Position numbers and translations under genes: made by a program. A stretch of DNA of 64,000 nucleotides from Ascidiella aspersa. Lineage: Eukaryota. Below are positions 12,901 through 27,900 of this stretch, in pieces. The stretch covers positions 13,764,001 through 13,828,000 of the forward strand of contig OZ004608.1 of assembly GCA_963924565.1 (NCBI GenBank), in the 5' to 3' direction. A model generated the notes under the pieces. The model did no database searches, was not told the DNA's origin, and saw nothing but the letters and a program-made list of their open reading frames with translations. The first letter of the stretch is position 1. Every line of letters starts with the position of its first letter.

Positions 12901-15900
12901 AATTCGTACAAGTCCTGATTGCACGTGACCTGCAGTGTGTAGAAAGGCATTTTTGCGTAACAAATGGTGATAATCATAATTATACCATTGCAGACAGTTG
13001 TATGTGCAATTGTGCATGGATTCTATTCAAATACATCTTACTCAGTCGATTTCAAGGAACCACGCAAAACGATGCCTTGTCAGACGCGGATCTAGCATTT
13101 GTTTGGGAGGAATGAAAACATTTTCAGAGATCAGAGATGACGTCACAAAGTTATGTCATATCATATCGTGGCGCTACTTCTAAACGTGACGTCATAAAGA
13201 ATATTTTTAAGAACACTATACGCAGTTCGTTTATTCTGTGACAGTTTTAGGTTGGGGAGGTGTTACTTACAATACAAAAGCTATATTACAAACATGCTAT
13301 GGATACCCACAAAGCGAGAAAACGACTTCACATTAGTTAAGGTTAAAACTTTAATTTTAGATGGTGTGGTGAGACGTACCTTTAGCTAGACAAAAGTATC
13401 AAAACGCGAATAGACATACAAGAAACGTAATCCAGGTTTGTTGTGACTGACAATTTCGTATTTAAGGATGTAATTGTTTGTGCACACAGGTAATACATAT
13501 TATATTTACCTTAAGTGGTTGGCATCTCTGGTTGTCGTTCCATCTCGTGTCTTCGTTCGGCGACAACACATTGGCGATAACGTACACGTAGTCGTTACAC
13601 AACCAGTTCGGAATGTGCAGTCTTAGTGAGGTCAAATAGGAAAGGGCGCCGTCTGGCGGCAGTGGGTAGCAGAATTGTGACTTTTTCTCTTCATTTTCTG
13701 GTTGACCTTTGTAACGCAATATATAGGGATAATAGACAAATTCTTCAAATCAGCCTAATTTTGGGGACAAAAATGAATAGTTTGCAAGGCAATAAAACTG
13801 TGTAGACACGTTTCGGAAGCAATGCCATTAAGTTAACACGCAAAACTATAACAAAAATATAAAGATATATTTTAAAAATCAACAAAATTAGAGATTCCCA
13901 ATGAAGCGTCTACCCACCGCATTTCGTTTACGGTTTATATAGTTTGGTTACATAACCTTAAATCTAATAAACGATGTCAAATTAGGCGATAACGATAGCG
14001 TTAAAACAATAAAAAATACACCGATGAAAATTTGGTATTTCAACTTTAAAAGCTTCAACCAATCTTAAACGATTTTGTTGTTGTACGGTCGTAAAAAGAA
14101 TAGATATTATTTACACCCACATTCAATCGTTATTTTTAACATAAATTGCAAATTTTAAAATGTTTTCCGGAAAAAGCCGGGGAAATTACAGCAAGAAACC
14201 CTTCAATATAGCTTTGAAACTATATACGTCGCTAGGAACAAGCCCCTCTATGTTTTCCAACTAATGTGTTATATTGTCAGTTTACTTGGCGACGCAATCT
14301 CGACGTAGCCACCATCGATCAGATGCGAAGTTCTCGAGAGAAAGTAACGAATGTGAAAGTCTAATCTCCCGGTCACATTGCTAGGGGCTATCGTCACTCC
14401 AGCTGCGTTGCGAAGAGTGAATGCAACCTGTCCAGACAAAGTTTTTTGTTAAAAAAGGATCATCTGGACTTTTAGTCTAGTTTAATCGCCGCGAAAAAGC
14501 AACACATGACAAAGCTAAGGAAGTACAATGTAAATAAATATTGTATATACTCCACCAAGTGGAATATTACAGATGTTGCACGTGAGTCTATAGCCGAAAC
14601 TGCATCAAAATTCATTAAGAAATGACAAAGTTATCGTTTTGGCCAAAGTTGCAGCCTGATTAAAGTTTTTCCTATACAATGCTATATGTATTTAAAAAAG
14701 GATGACGACAATGGATAATAGGCTAATCTAACCAGGCACTCAAACTTAATTTGTAAAATACAGCATTGCATCGTTTGCCAAATGATTTCCGTTCTCGCTT
14801 GCCAGTTCAACTTAAAAATGAATAACCATATAGTTACACAAATGTGGTCATTGTATGTATATATAATATAAAAGTTTAATAAAATACTTACGTCAACAAA
14901 GACAGGCAGTCCTAGGACGACCTCGCGTGTGGGAGACTTGACCGAAAACTGTTCCAAGGCAAAAACATTTCCAGGACACATTATTCGGATTTCGCTACAG
15001 CTAAAAAAAAAAAAACATGTCTTATAAAAGGCACAACTATTGTACAAGCCGTAATTTTATGTCACTAATCGCTTTTCGCAGTCGTTGTTATTGAATAATT
15101 TTATTACAATAAGCGCACGACAATAATCTATTTTATTGGAACACTGAACAGAGTAAAGTACACATAATGGGTTGATGAAAAGTCAATTTATGGATATTAT
15201 GGTATTGCGCTATAAAGTTTGCGATGCGTTACCGAATTTTTATTACAACAATATTTTTCTACGTTGTTTACATTTTCAAGTGAAATTGTTTTCAAGGGAA
15301 TATAATCAGGCACAAAAATGATGTACGTTTTCTTTACGTACGCCTATTTTTTCTGAAAAGAATAAGAAGGAAACAGCATGCAGATTAAAGTAGGCGGCAT
15401 CGCCGAAAAAACAGGTTTGAAATTTATTGATTGTCCTTGATGGGCTTGGCCGGATATTTAAGACCTATCGGGTATTTCATCCAATTTCTGTTTGAATGAC
15501 CTTGGAGTCCGAATTACCTTATCGGACCATCTTCCTCGATGTTAGCTTTCCCGTTTCCACCCGACCAACTTCCCAGCTTGACGCACAAAAAGCTCAGGCG
15601 CCCACAAAAGCTTAAGCCTGCAGCCAGGTCAAGCATCACTCCGTCGCCATCTGCCACCGAGAATCGCAATATTTTGTTGCCGCCAGATGTCGCTCTGGTC
15701 CCGTCGTTGGTTGTGACGATCCCGGGCGACCGAAAGAATGGCAAGCGAACAACGGAACTGCAAACGTATGTTTTTTGAGTTTTCCCCTTAACAGAATTAT
15801 ACAAAACGCACAGTATATATACTAATAATAGGTATTATAAAAGTTAGTTACTATACAACACTAAAATTTTTGCAACTGCTGTAAATTTACTGACATAATT

Positions 15901-18900
15901 TATATTCGTTAAGGGATGTTTGACACCCGAAGTTATATAGATAAAGCATCGCGATCCGATACCAAATGACGTCATTATTATGCCTAAAAAAGTATAATCG
16001 ACATTTTTTAAGGTTGATAAGCTAGTATTTGCTTCAGGATTATTCAGTTTATTTACTTCCATTTATTAACCTACTCCGATATCACATCAATTGATAAAAA
16101 ATTTAAAATCAAATATTAAATAAGATACTGACGATCCTCGTATGAGTGAAATATATTTATCGTTGACCATCAGAACAGGCTGGTTTTCGTTTTTCTAATT
16201 CCAGACTTAGTTTGACTTTTTTTTATGAAAATAGGAAGTAGCCTAATATGCAAGCCGAAATTCGTCAAATTTACCTTTCAGATAACAACCCATCGGCTTT
16301 AAAAGCTAGAAAAAATTGCGGTTTCAGCCACTCTATTGGGTCTTGCTGGTACGGCGTCAAGTCAGAACTCCTAGTTGTTATTGAGGCAGTCATGCGGAAC
16401 GGACAAAGGCTTCCGGATTCCCACAAAAGGCAGTCGGGCGTGAAAGAATTCGCTTCCAGTCGAATGTTGTTTTCTGCAACAGTTTTCAATTTACGCTTGA
16501 CATGGATATTTGACTCGAAAAAACACCAGCAACGCTATTGCTTGTCTCGCTTTTCATCATTTTATGGATTTTGCTTGTAGTATAGTGGTTAAATAGTGGT
16601 CTATTTAACGCAAAATACAATAAATTCTATTAAAATTAACCTAACTTTTCAATGTACTCTTCTTGTAAACGTTGCAGACATTACAGCAGAGCAATGTATT
16701 AACCGGTAAACAAATTGTAAGTTTAGGCAACAATCTTGAATACCAACTACGTTTTCTTTAAACACCTCTTAAATATGAAATTGGCAAAAAAATAAAATAT
16801 AAAAATAAAGAAGGCTCTAATTTATCAAATCAAACAACAATATCACTTTAAAAGTAAAAGCTTTCTTACCAGAAAAACAGGTGAAAGACAAGCCAAGGTC
16901 ATTTAGGTCAATGGTTTGGAAATTGTTTTCAACCACTGAGTCTGTGACGAGGTCAGAGTTTGGGACCACTTCCACCTGTTAACAGAATGTTGTTCAACAT
17001 TACACTATGTTTATTGAGCTGTATGACACCTTATAACAGAATACTTCAACAATCCTTAGTAGCTATATAAAAATATATATACATTTGAAGAGAAAAAAAA
17101 AAACGAAATTCAGGAGATGCTCAATTTTGCGCAATTTCTGTCTCAAGCAGTTCAGAGAAATTCTCAAACAAAAGATGTTCGCGTAAAAATTCTGTTGTTT
17201 CATGTACTTTTCATTGACGAATTAAATATCTGGCAACGCAAATGTTTTCATAATTAACACAGAAATTGAAACATATGCACTTGATAAAAAAACAATCTAT
17301 TAACTGTACAAAACACTTTTTGAAATAAACATGGTAAAGTAAATGTGAAAAATATACCGTTAAGGAAATCCGACTTGAGTGGCACAAAGCTTCAGAAAAA
17401 GCCGCCATTTGGTTAAAATATTTCACAGTGACAATGGCGCCGTTATCATGTATGGAGGCTCCACTCATCCTCCTAAGAGCAAAGTATTTTTAGCGTATAT
17501 AAATTATACACCTCATAAAAAACATAATATAATTGGCCCTAATTCATTGGATGCCAAACCGTGCCCCGTAAACCGTATGCGTCTCTCACTTTCAGGTTGA
17601 ATTTTAGTTCTTTGGATGTCCAGTGTAGGCTAAATCTCTTGATAGTAACTTTCAGTTTCCCAAACATCAAAGGCTGAAAGGTTTACTCGCCTTACCCTTC
17701 AAGTAATTATGTGTGGTTTTCGTTGCATATATGTACACTATATTTTATGGCGTCTCGTTTTTACTATGCCCCCTTAAATAAACTTACAGGATCCACCCCT
17801 AATACTCAGGCTCTATTTCTTTTTATTGAGTCAAGTCGACATATTTCAACATTTGACAGCGTGATGACATTTATTAGAAAAGTCCTGAAGTGTGAATACA
17901 AAATCGCTTAAGTTTAGTCTATACGTAATACTATTAGTGTGCAACATCTATACTCAATCTAACTAAGCAAAGGGTATATGTGTGTAAGTGAGAACGAAAC
18001 AGTACTATACCGGTACTCATTTCTGCCCACGTGCACCTGCACTAATTCAAAAGTAGTTTCCATTTGCTATCATATTCTCACGCGATTACAGTGCAAACAA
18101 TTTTAAAACATATAACTTAAACATAATTCAACGGTTTTACAAGCAGTTTTAATTTTAGTTTTTTTTTATAAATATAATAGGGTATTTTTAAGGATTTAGC
18201 CACTAAAAGTTTGTGAGAGGAAAATATGTTTATTTCAATGTATACAACGACTTAAATAATTATATTATAAAGAATTACTATTGGTAGCTTACACCTTACA
18301 GTGTCCGGATGTGTATTTTTAGAGGGCGCATGTTTTAAGCATATAAACAAGTTATTCAGTTATACTATAACAGAAGTAATATCTAAAAATGTATACTTAT
18401 TTGTCTTACAAAAATGTCTAAACAAAGAAATGTTTAAATGTACCACGGTTATATGTAATAATGACCAAACGTAAGTAAGTGATCGCGAAATTGTGATATT
18501 TTATTTACCCATGAATGTTTTGTTACCATTCAAGAGAAGTTCAAAGTGATAAATAGGTCTAGTTCAGATTGGCAAAACTTTGGTACTACCATCTAGCTAA
18601 CTGAATACACAAACTACCAAGTTAAACCCAAACTATCACCAGACATCGGTAACACTTTTAACAAAATTACTAAAATATGCATTTTAGTTGTCATGTTTGT
18701 TAGGTCTGTTTTATTTTTGACTAACCTCTGCGACTTTACTGTGACTTCAGGGGCCGCTCCTGGATTCGTTAGCGCGTAATCGCGGCTATTTCGGCTTTCT
18801 TCACCATCGCCAATCGTCCAAGTAACATAAATTATCACTAAAAAAAGATAAAAAAAAATAATGAAACAACCTTTTTAAAAAGCGACACAAAAATAAAACT

Positions 18901-21900
18901 ACATACCTATTTTATCGTTAAAATTAAAGGTGAGTTTATTTTAATTAAACAAAACATCCCCAAATAAAGACATGGTTTACACCAGTGCTCCCCAACCAGT
19001 GGGTTGCGAAGCATTTCTAATGTTACAGTTTTCAATTAGATCGGAAAATTATTGCACTACCATAACGTAACATTTATGCAACAAAGTAACAAATACGTAA
19101 CAATTAGATTTGTTGTCTTGCATCAACTATTTCAGTACGTACGCCAGTAGTAAAGAAGCAGATTTTATGCAACTTTATTTGTAAAAAAAAATATTTCTAA
19201 AACTTGCCTTAAAAGTGGGTCGCGAAGTGAAAAAGGTTGGGAAGCACTGATTTACAGAAGCATTTAAATTGTGTTAGATATTTTCGATAGAGTGTGACCT
19301 AAACAAAAACGCATACTCCGTAATTAATTATTCGCGCTAGGGTAAATTTGGCGACTAAAATTAACGATGATTTATGTAAAAAATACTGTTTTACCCCGAA
19401 AGTATCCCCTATCGTAACTGGAGGCGAGTGGCAGCGTGCAGCTTGGATAAGTGGTGCACCAGAGTCCGAACGACACTGTTAAGTTTCCTGGTTCGTCCAA
19501 CAAAATTGCATCACGGGTGTGTAGCGCAAGGTCTGTCATCGCAAACGTGTCTGCGAAAAAGTGGTGGAATCATCGTGATCACACAATATTGCTCTCAAAG
19601 AACAATGGTTCAAAATCTTCCGGTAAGTATAGTGCTTCCACGTTGATTCTGCAGTGACACGCAATATTTTTCGTTGTTTTGGTAAAAAAATTGCACAAAA
19701 TATAACAAAGCATTTTTAAAGCACTTCCGGTGTCTTGGCACGTCTAATAAAAAAAACAAAAACACATAATGTGTTTTATCTGCGCAATTATTAACCTTAA
19801 TTATGGGCACCTGGGGTGTAAAGCCTTACCACTTAAACAACTTCTGACTATCCTCTGAACCTTGTAGTTGTCGTTTGTGTTTGTTTCGCCGCAATTGTTC
19901 TGCATTTCGACCTTTCAACAAAAAAAATTCGTTATTTAGAAGATGTTGCGTTACATCTTGAGCCTTTTGACACACTAATTGTTGCTTTTCGATCACGGGG
20001 TTTATGTTAACTCTTCACGTTTTTTAAAAACTGATTAAAGGAGACCGCGGTCAATTATTACAAGTGGTTGTAAGCAATATGAGTTACCCCAAAATAAAAT
20101 CAACTTAAATAAATATTTAGGATTGTACAAAAAATTAAATCGCAGTTTCCTTTAATTTGGAAAATATATAGTCGAAACCAAGGAAAAATACACCACTTTT
20201 AAATAACTATTACCAATTAAACATCTTAGGTGAAAGTTTAATACCTTCAGAATAGCGTATATTGAACCGCAAAATCCAGTCAGATGAGACATGGGGGCCA
20301 CTGTGTACTCCTCGTCCACCACGTGACGTGCCACGTTCCGATTGGTCGCGTCTCCACCAATAGGGGACAAGAACAAACCGGAGAATTCGTTGGTAGGGTC
20401 GGACACGCGACCACTTTTTGAGTAGTTTACTGACATACTGCGAGAAAAATTAAAGATGCTGCAGATAGTAAATGCTTCGTACAAAGTCAGTATATTGACA
20501 CGAAATAAAACTTTTGTTGTTATAAAGTGAATAATTTGGTTTAAAGCTGACTCTAAAATTTAGCATAATAGAACAACACTTTTGAAGATGTTTTAGTTTG
20601 CAAAGGTGCAAGCATGGAATAAAGCTTAAGCCGGTTGGTTCCAAATTTTCTAACTAAGTAGGGCTTGGTTCACTTCACAGTATTTTACTGACCCCTGCAG
20701 TGTCACTTAATCAACCTTGTTTGCGCGTCAAATTAAATCGTTTAGTCATGGCTTAGGTGATCTAAAATACATTTTCGACTTATTCTTCTACAGTGCACTC
20801 AACGAACAAAAAGTATCGTGAAATCCTTTAGAAAAAGGTTAGTTTGCTCAGATGCAATTTTGTCATGACTAAGGTCAATGTTTTCAAATGACTTGACGTG
20901 ACTTAAGTCTTTTAGACAAAATGTCTTGACTTGACTCAAGTCTTTTGGACGTAGATATATAAAGGGTGTTTTCAGCTATCAATTTTTTTTATGAAAGGGT
21001 ATACGTTGTTTTTTACTTGAATTATTGTTCATAATCGGAAGAATTTGCCAGTTTTAATAATTTAAGTTTTATTTTTATGACAAGGAATTTACTTGAAGTT
21101 GATTTCCGCAAATAATGACTTGATTTAGGCAACTGACGACGTGGCACTGGGACTTGACTTGTTGTTTATTTAAAAAGTCTTGACATCAACTTAAGTTATT
21201 TTACGAAAGACATGGCTGGGACTCGATTCATTTTGAAATGACTTGTTTACAACACTGCCCAGATAAACAACATACAGCCACGTTATTACCTGTATGAAAA
21301 CACGTTCAGGATGGCGTTTGGGGCCGCTTGTAAAGTGACGTGTGCCGTGACTCGTGCTTTCGTGCCGACTACAGGCGAGATGGCGAAGTAGGAAGCTTCC
21401 AGGTTTTGAATACCTGAAAAGAGCAAGCGCATATGCTCAATATCTTATTCTCGCGACGCTGCTTCAAGTTTATTGTTTTTTTCAGTCGCTCTGAATGCCA
21501 GTTTGGTTACTGTTACCCGCTAATTAAAAGTGAATGAGTTGAAATCGTTATAAAAATATAATAAGCTGCATCTTATGCAAAGGGTTGTAAGAAACATAAC
21601 AGACACTGCAGTTTTTCTTATCATACAAATGCCGGGCACGCACCGCATTCCAAAACGTTCGTATATTTGTCACTCAAAAGAACAGAAAACCAGCTTGAAG
21701 CGATAGAATCTGAGAGGTTCATCTGTCGTGGTTTCATCGCAATTTGAAGGTAGGTAGGAGGCTGATAACAAATAAACAGGTTGCCAGTGACACAAGTAAA
21801 AGGTTTTATACATATTTGTAGAACAAAATGTTTTTTATCGAGTGCTTAATAAAAGTTAAAAAAATGTTTAATTTATTGACGATGGACATTAAAATTATAC

Positions 21901-24900
21901 TTTAAATCGGTAGTTTAAAGCTGTCCATCAGCTACTAATCGCAATTAGGACATTCAACGAATGATGTTGATCACTTCAAGTTATTTTCTTTTTGTCAGTC
22001 TAGGTATTGAAAGAAGATTTTGTCAGTCTAGGTATTGAACAAAAACTTACAATAATGTTGAAAACTTACAATGAAAGTAGTTATACGGTAGAAGATCAAT
22101 CATAATAAATAAGAAATAAGGATACCAGTAAACTTACCGATTGATTAATCAACGCGTTTTGTTTTAAGGTAAACTTTAGTCGGTCGACAGTAACTTTGTC
22201 CCCTTGTGTTAAAGGAAAGTCAGCAACTTCACTGGGGAATACTACGTCACTGATGACGTCATTGCAAAGGCAAGTGTGAGTTTCGCAATAGCCGGTTTCT
22301 TCAGTCGGTGCAAGACAGCCCTTAATAAAAGAATAAATAAACAGAAGGAAACAAAAACTATAGAACATAAATGTATAATAGTGTTATCCAACTTATGCAT
22401 AGGTCGAGATTTAAACATGAGAATCTCGATGATATGCTCGCAAGTCCGAAACAAATTTATTTTCAATGCATAAAGATACATTTGACGGAAACAACCGAGC
22501 TAAGATTTTAGTAAAGATTTCGCAAACAATGCATCACCTGCAGCAAGACCATACTAGCGAGGGTCTTGAAATCGGATTGGTAGAGGTTTTCGATCGTACA
22601 GTCGACAACCATCGGGGTGTCGGCATTTAGCCAAACTGCGCTGGTTCCTTCCGGGAAGGTTTGTGGGTAACTCACGACGATGTCCCACAGAGTCAGGAAG
22701 TCTGCGAAAAAATAATCGCGTTTAAAATATTGTATACCTTTCGTCGAACTGGCGAAGAATATCAAACGTTCAAACACGTATTAAAGGTTCTACCTTATAA
22801 TGGTGGTATATAGATTTCATTTTCATAACAAACCCAAAGATATGCCCAATTTACGGGTTAAAACACTAAAACAACCTACACCGACATTCTATCAAAGATA
22901 GCTTGAACCTCATAGCTTTCAACCTTTTTTAACATTTATTTGACAGAACGAGTTGGTTACTATAAGAAACAAAGTGGCTGAGCTTTAATGAATCAATTAG
23001 TTGATTTTGAAGTTGAAAATGAATAAAGAGAATTCGAAACGTTAAAAATGATACCTACTTCTGTATGGGCTTTGATATTCTTATTACGTCTTACTAGAAC
23101 CTCCAACCGTTATGCTCTAAAATTGCTTGATAAATGATGGTCAACGTAATTACCCTTTTGACAGAACACTTTAACAGCTGTACTCGCGACTGCCATCTGA
23201 CGGTCGATCGGCGACAAAACGCAGGGGTCAACCGCTTGGAGCGCGCCGGAGCGGAAAAGCGCCTCTCTGTCATCCACGACCACAGAAGGCCAGGACAAAA
23301 TGTCCGGAGGACGAAGCAGTCCGGAGCCACACACTGCGTTGATCCGTTGAATTTCTTGGACGCTGAGAGCTTGAGACCAAATGTTAATACTTGCCAGCGA
23401 CCAGTCAGCATTGGAAGTGGTGGACGCAGTGAGAGTGTCCCCATCTAAATCAGACTAGAATTTTCATTGTTGTCTACGGTTCCATATATTACCAAGTTGG
23501 GTAAATCTATGGTTAAATACCCAGCGTTGCCCAGGTTAAATAGAGTATTTACCAGTCCAATTCTAACTTATAAAGGACAATAATTGCGTTGTTTAGGCGA
23601 TGTTAAATAATTACCGCTGAAACAAGCGTGATAAATTGAAGAATCTAACTGAATTTTGCGGGGTTAGTCAAAATATAAGAACCTATCATGCTGTGGACTC
23701 TTCATCATCCCAGTATTACATTCTACGCTGTAACAAATGCTTAAATTTGCTAGATTGGTGTGAGAGCCACTTTTTGTAATAAATGTATGTGACATATATC
23801 AAATAACCTAAAAAGCTCCTACGTTTTAAAACAGCCGCTTATATTATCTGAAATGGATTCACTAAATGCTTCTCAACATTATGGGTGAAATATTATAAGG
23901 CTACGACCTGCGTGGAATTAGCCTCAATTTTTTCAAGTAAAGATTTCAACTCATGCAATAACACTTAATGCGATATTTTCCCCGCTAAGACCTATACAGT
24001 ATTTGGTACCGAAGATGCAACACATCAGAGCCAAAAATATAATAGTAAAAAATGAGACTTGCCTGGCCAGTAAAGCAGCGCCGAGTCTTCAAGCTTACAC
24101 GACGAGCAGTCCGTGCCGTTGACTGTCACTTTCACCTCGTCATTCCTGTGAGCGAAGCAGAGGTGATACCAGTGGCCGTATGCGAGGTAGGTGTAGGAAT
24201 GACGAGAGGCGCTGTACTCGTAGCCTTGCAGGTCGATGCCGGTCATTTCGAAACGAAGACGGAATTGTTCCTGTTGTCAAGCAGTGTCGCGTTTTAAGCA
24301 GAAAATCGCCAATTTTGTGGCAAGATACCATTAAGTCGGGTCCGTTTACTTCGATGGGTAAAGTATCAGCGAATTGTTTGTATAAAGAAGCAGTGAGAGA
24401 ATTTTGTGCTACAAAACCTAAATTCGTTGTCGGAACGTCTATGCGACAAAATATTTGTAATATGAATTAGTTGCTATTTCTCGCAATGCATAAATGCAAC
24501 GGCATACTTTAAAAGAGAACACTTTTAAGTTCTATAAAGTTTTTTAAAAACTTAGTTTAGCCGGCTAACTATATTATTTTGCTTCCATAATAAAATATGA
24601 AAGAAATATAGACCAAACCTTATATAGGTGTCTTTATATACGTTTGGTTACGTATGATGTATGATACGTTTGGCGTTATAAACGTTATAAATTGAACTTA
24701 CGTTACCCCAATTTTCAGCTTCGAGACTAAAGTAGCGAAACTTATCCTTCAATAAAACCGTTGAGTGGGCAACCCGTGTAATCATGAGCTCCATACACAT
24801 CGTCCACCCAAAACTGCGTCTGTCCGATGCCCTTCTCAAGGTGACAGATCTAGCAGCATTGAAATGCACCTGACACGACAAAAATGCAAGCATTAAATCA

Positions 24901-27900
24901 TACAACCGTATATTGTCATGCATGTACATTTTACTAAGAAAATCAACGTAAAGTTTAATAGAGCAAAACCATTATAATAGTTGTTAGAGGGTAGAAGTAT
25001 ATTTTGTTGCAGGTTAGCAACAGTGACATTAATTCTCCTGATAGGGTTACTTAGGAAATAATATAAACCCACGGGAACCTACCAAAACCTTTGCTTGCAT
25101 GTCCGATCGTAAATACGCCTTCAAGTAAGCAGTTTGGCCGCAAAAACTAGGCTGACTTTCAAGAACGGTCTTCAACGGAGAGGTGACGTATGCTGCCACA
25201 GTGGTCTGGAGCTCCCCAAATCCACATGGTGGCATCACAGCAACGGTTTCCAGCTTGAACGAGAAATAAACAAAAATCGGTTCCAGTAAGTTTACCAAAA
25301 TCCAATGTTGATAAAATAAAACGAATCGTGCTTAGAATCTTAAATGGATCCACATGGAGGGTGAACTACGGTAAGTTTAAAACTACGAATATTTATGTTT
25401 TCCCCTAACAGTTGCTCTTCAGAGTGCACAATGAGGAACCGCGCAAAACATTTGTGATTTGCGTTCTTTAATATGCAAGGGACATTATTTAATAATGTAA
25501 ATATCCGGAGGTGAAAAGTTAAATTTAAAACAATAAGAACAATATCCTAAGGAATCAAACTCTCATTTTAAATTCCCTTCCCTTTTCATGGTGCATTAAA
25601 AGAGGCATAGGTATTAATATAAGAAAACATGAAACAAAAATGCCCCAGCTCAAACCAAAAATTCGGGCGCGCCTTCCCTTCCCAGTACAAAGTCGACTGA
25701 GAGTTTTTCCGCTTCCAGAAACTTCCGCGGCGAGTCGACCTTCGTCAGCAGGTTAACGCTTGCCACGAATGTGTCGCCCACGTAATTTGTGACACGCGCG
25801 GCGCTAGTGAGCTGAGGTCGCTCCTTATTGGACATTGCGACCTCAAGGTCGTGCAAGCGTGAAGAGGTCGTTGATTCCAGTTGAGGATTTGCTGTGATGA
25901 TACAAACAGGTATTTGTATTATTTTTTGACAGAAATACGCCAGGGACAAATTGTTTTAGACAAGTTTATTATCGACAAGGTTCATCAGCGGAAACGGGTA
26001 ATGTTAATATTTCATCAAAGTTTAAGGGTTATAATTGATATGAAACATGTCAAGTCAGTGTTTAAAAAAATGTTTTCATTTGTTTAAATGTTTTAAAAGT
26101 ATTGTTTTTATAACACGCGTTAGAAATTATTTTAATACTTAGATTATAATTTAAATTTTGGTCTAGAATTTCAGTAACCATATGATACGAGTACGGTAGA
26201 TACGAGTACGGTATGTTTTAGTTAATGTTTGAACAAACTGCCATCTTTAGATTTAAACTGTTAGATCAGAGGAAAAGCAAAAGTTTCTTCAGTGAGCAAC
26301 AAAGTAACACGTGGAAGATGCAGCCGCAAAATAACCAATAGTCACTCATTACATTTACATTCCTACAAGAACAAAGTACCTTCGGTGGCGCAAAGCACGT
26401 ATCCAAGCCTGGTGCACAGGGCGGAGACCCAGAGGCCCGATGACGTCAAAAGGACGCACAGGCCACCCCCGGCTGGTGTTTCTTCCAGGTCAGGGTGGAG
26501 GAAGTGCGGGGTGGTCAGGTCGCCTTTCAGCCACTTGTAACTGCTGCCTTCCATTTGGTAGCTGAGAAGGCCGAGCCAAACATGGGGCACTGCAAATGTT
26601 AAGCGGTTGTTGCACTGAACTTTGGAATTTAGTCGTTTAAAACTTTGTTACCTTATTGATGGTTGAAGCTCCAATTAAGGATTTTTTTGGATTTGTTTGC
26701 AACTTTATGTGCAAAACAAGCATGCCACAACATCAAATCGTCAAAAATGGAGTCATCATAACTTATTATAGTTATTAGAAAAAAATTGTATTCGAGTATG
26801 ACAACGTTTTAATGACCAACTTATGAATTCATAAATAAAAAATAAATAAAACAAGAATACATGATATTTACAACAAAATTCACATTTATCGCAGGAAAAT
26901 AAATGCACACGATTATCATGATAATATAATTCTGGTAAAGCGTTTTCGCGTAGCATGGCTAAAATAAAATGTCCCACGTAACGTATCCCGATGTTATGTG
27001 GGCAGGAAGCATGACTCTCATAATAGAGATATTCGAGAATATTTAGGTCGTCTCGAATCTATTCCCGAACCTTGGTTTATTAAATATATTAGCGAAGATA
27101 TGGGCATTGATTTTGTACCTGTACTAGACCCTTTGATCGGTTTCATAGATTTGTTGCAGCATTATGATAAATAGTTATATGACTTATTTGTCAATTGCGT
27201 GCTACGCTTAATTAAAGGACACGCACATACTCTAACAGTTAATTATATTATCACGCGAAATCAATCTAAAACAAACTCAACGTATACCTTTAGCTTCTCG
27301 CAGTTGCTCTGCCATTGCATCCGATTCAATGACTTCAGCAGGTAGAAAAACTTGTGCCCCAAGATCACGACACGATTCCTCTGCCTCAGCCTTAGACGTA
27401 GTAGCATTGTTTAACAACGGAGGCCCCAGAAGCTTGACGTATTGCTGTGCGCCGAAGGTCATCCAATCTTTAAGAAAACAAATATTGAGATTAGACCAAA
27501 TAAAGCTTTTTTGATAATAATTAACTATATTGTAAAAAGACCAAACGTTTCAATTTACTATTTTCATATTTTTTGCAAATTAGCTTTGTGTTAAAATTCT
27601 AACAAACAGAGCTAACGTCAAACAAAAAATTGAAACACTTATTTTAAAGCTCCAATATAACGGATAAATAAGTTGGACTAAGGAAAAAAATTTTATTAAA
27701 AATATTATTGACTTTTTATTCTTTTGGAATTGAAACCAACAGTGGGATTATAGCTTCGGCACACGAGTATTTTAAATAATCTTGGCGTTGCCAGTAAAAA
27801 AACGTTGCATTACCGTACAACGCAGGTTTCATTACACTTCGTCTCAAGCGAAATGAACTTGTGGTCTGAGACAAGATGTCTTCGACGACTCCTCCAACCA

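Noticed and set aside
19586-19648. Extra exon with a 34-nt micro-intron in the mosaic gene
   Set aside because: The phases do not fit; the 19830 exon splices in frame directly to the acceptor at about 19551.
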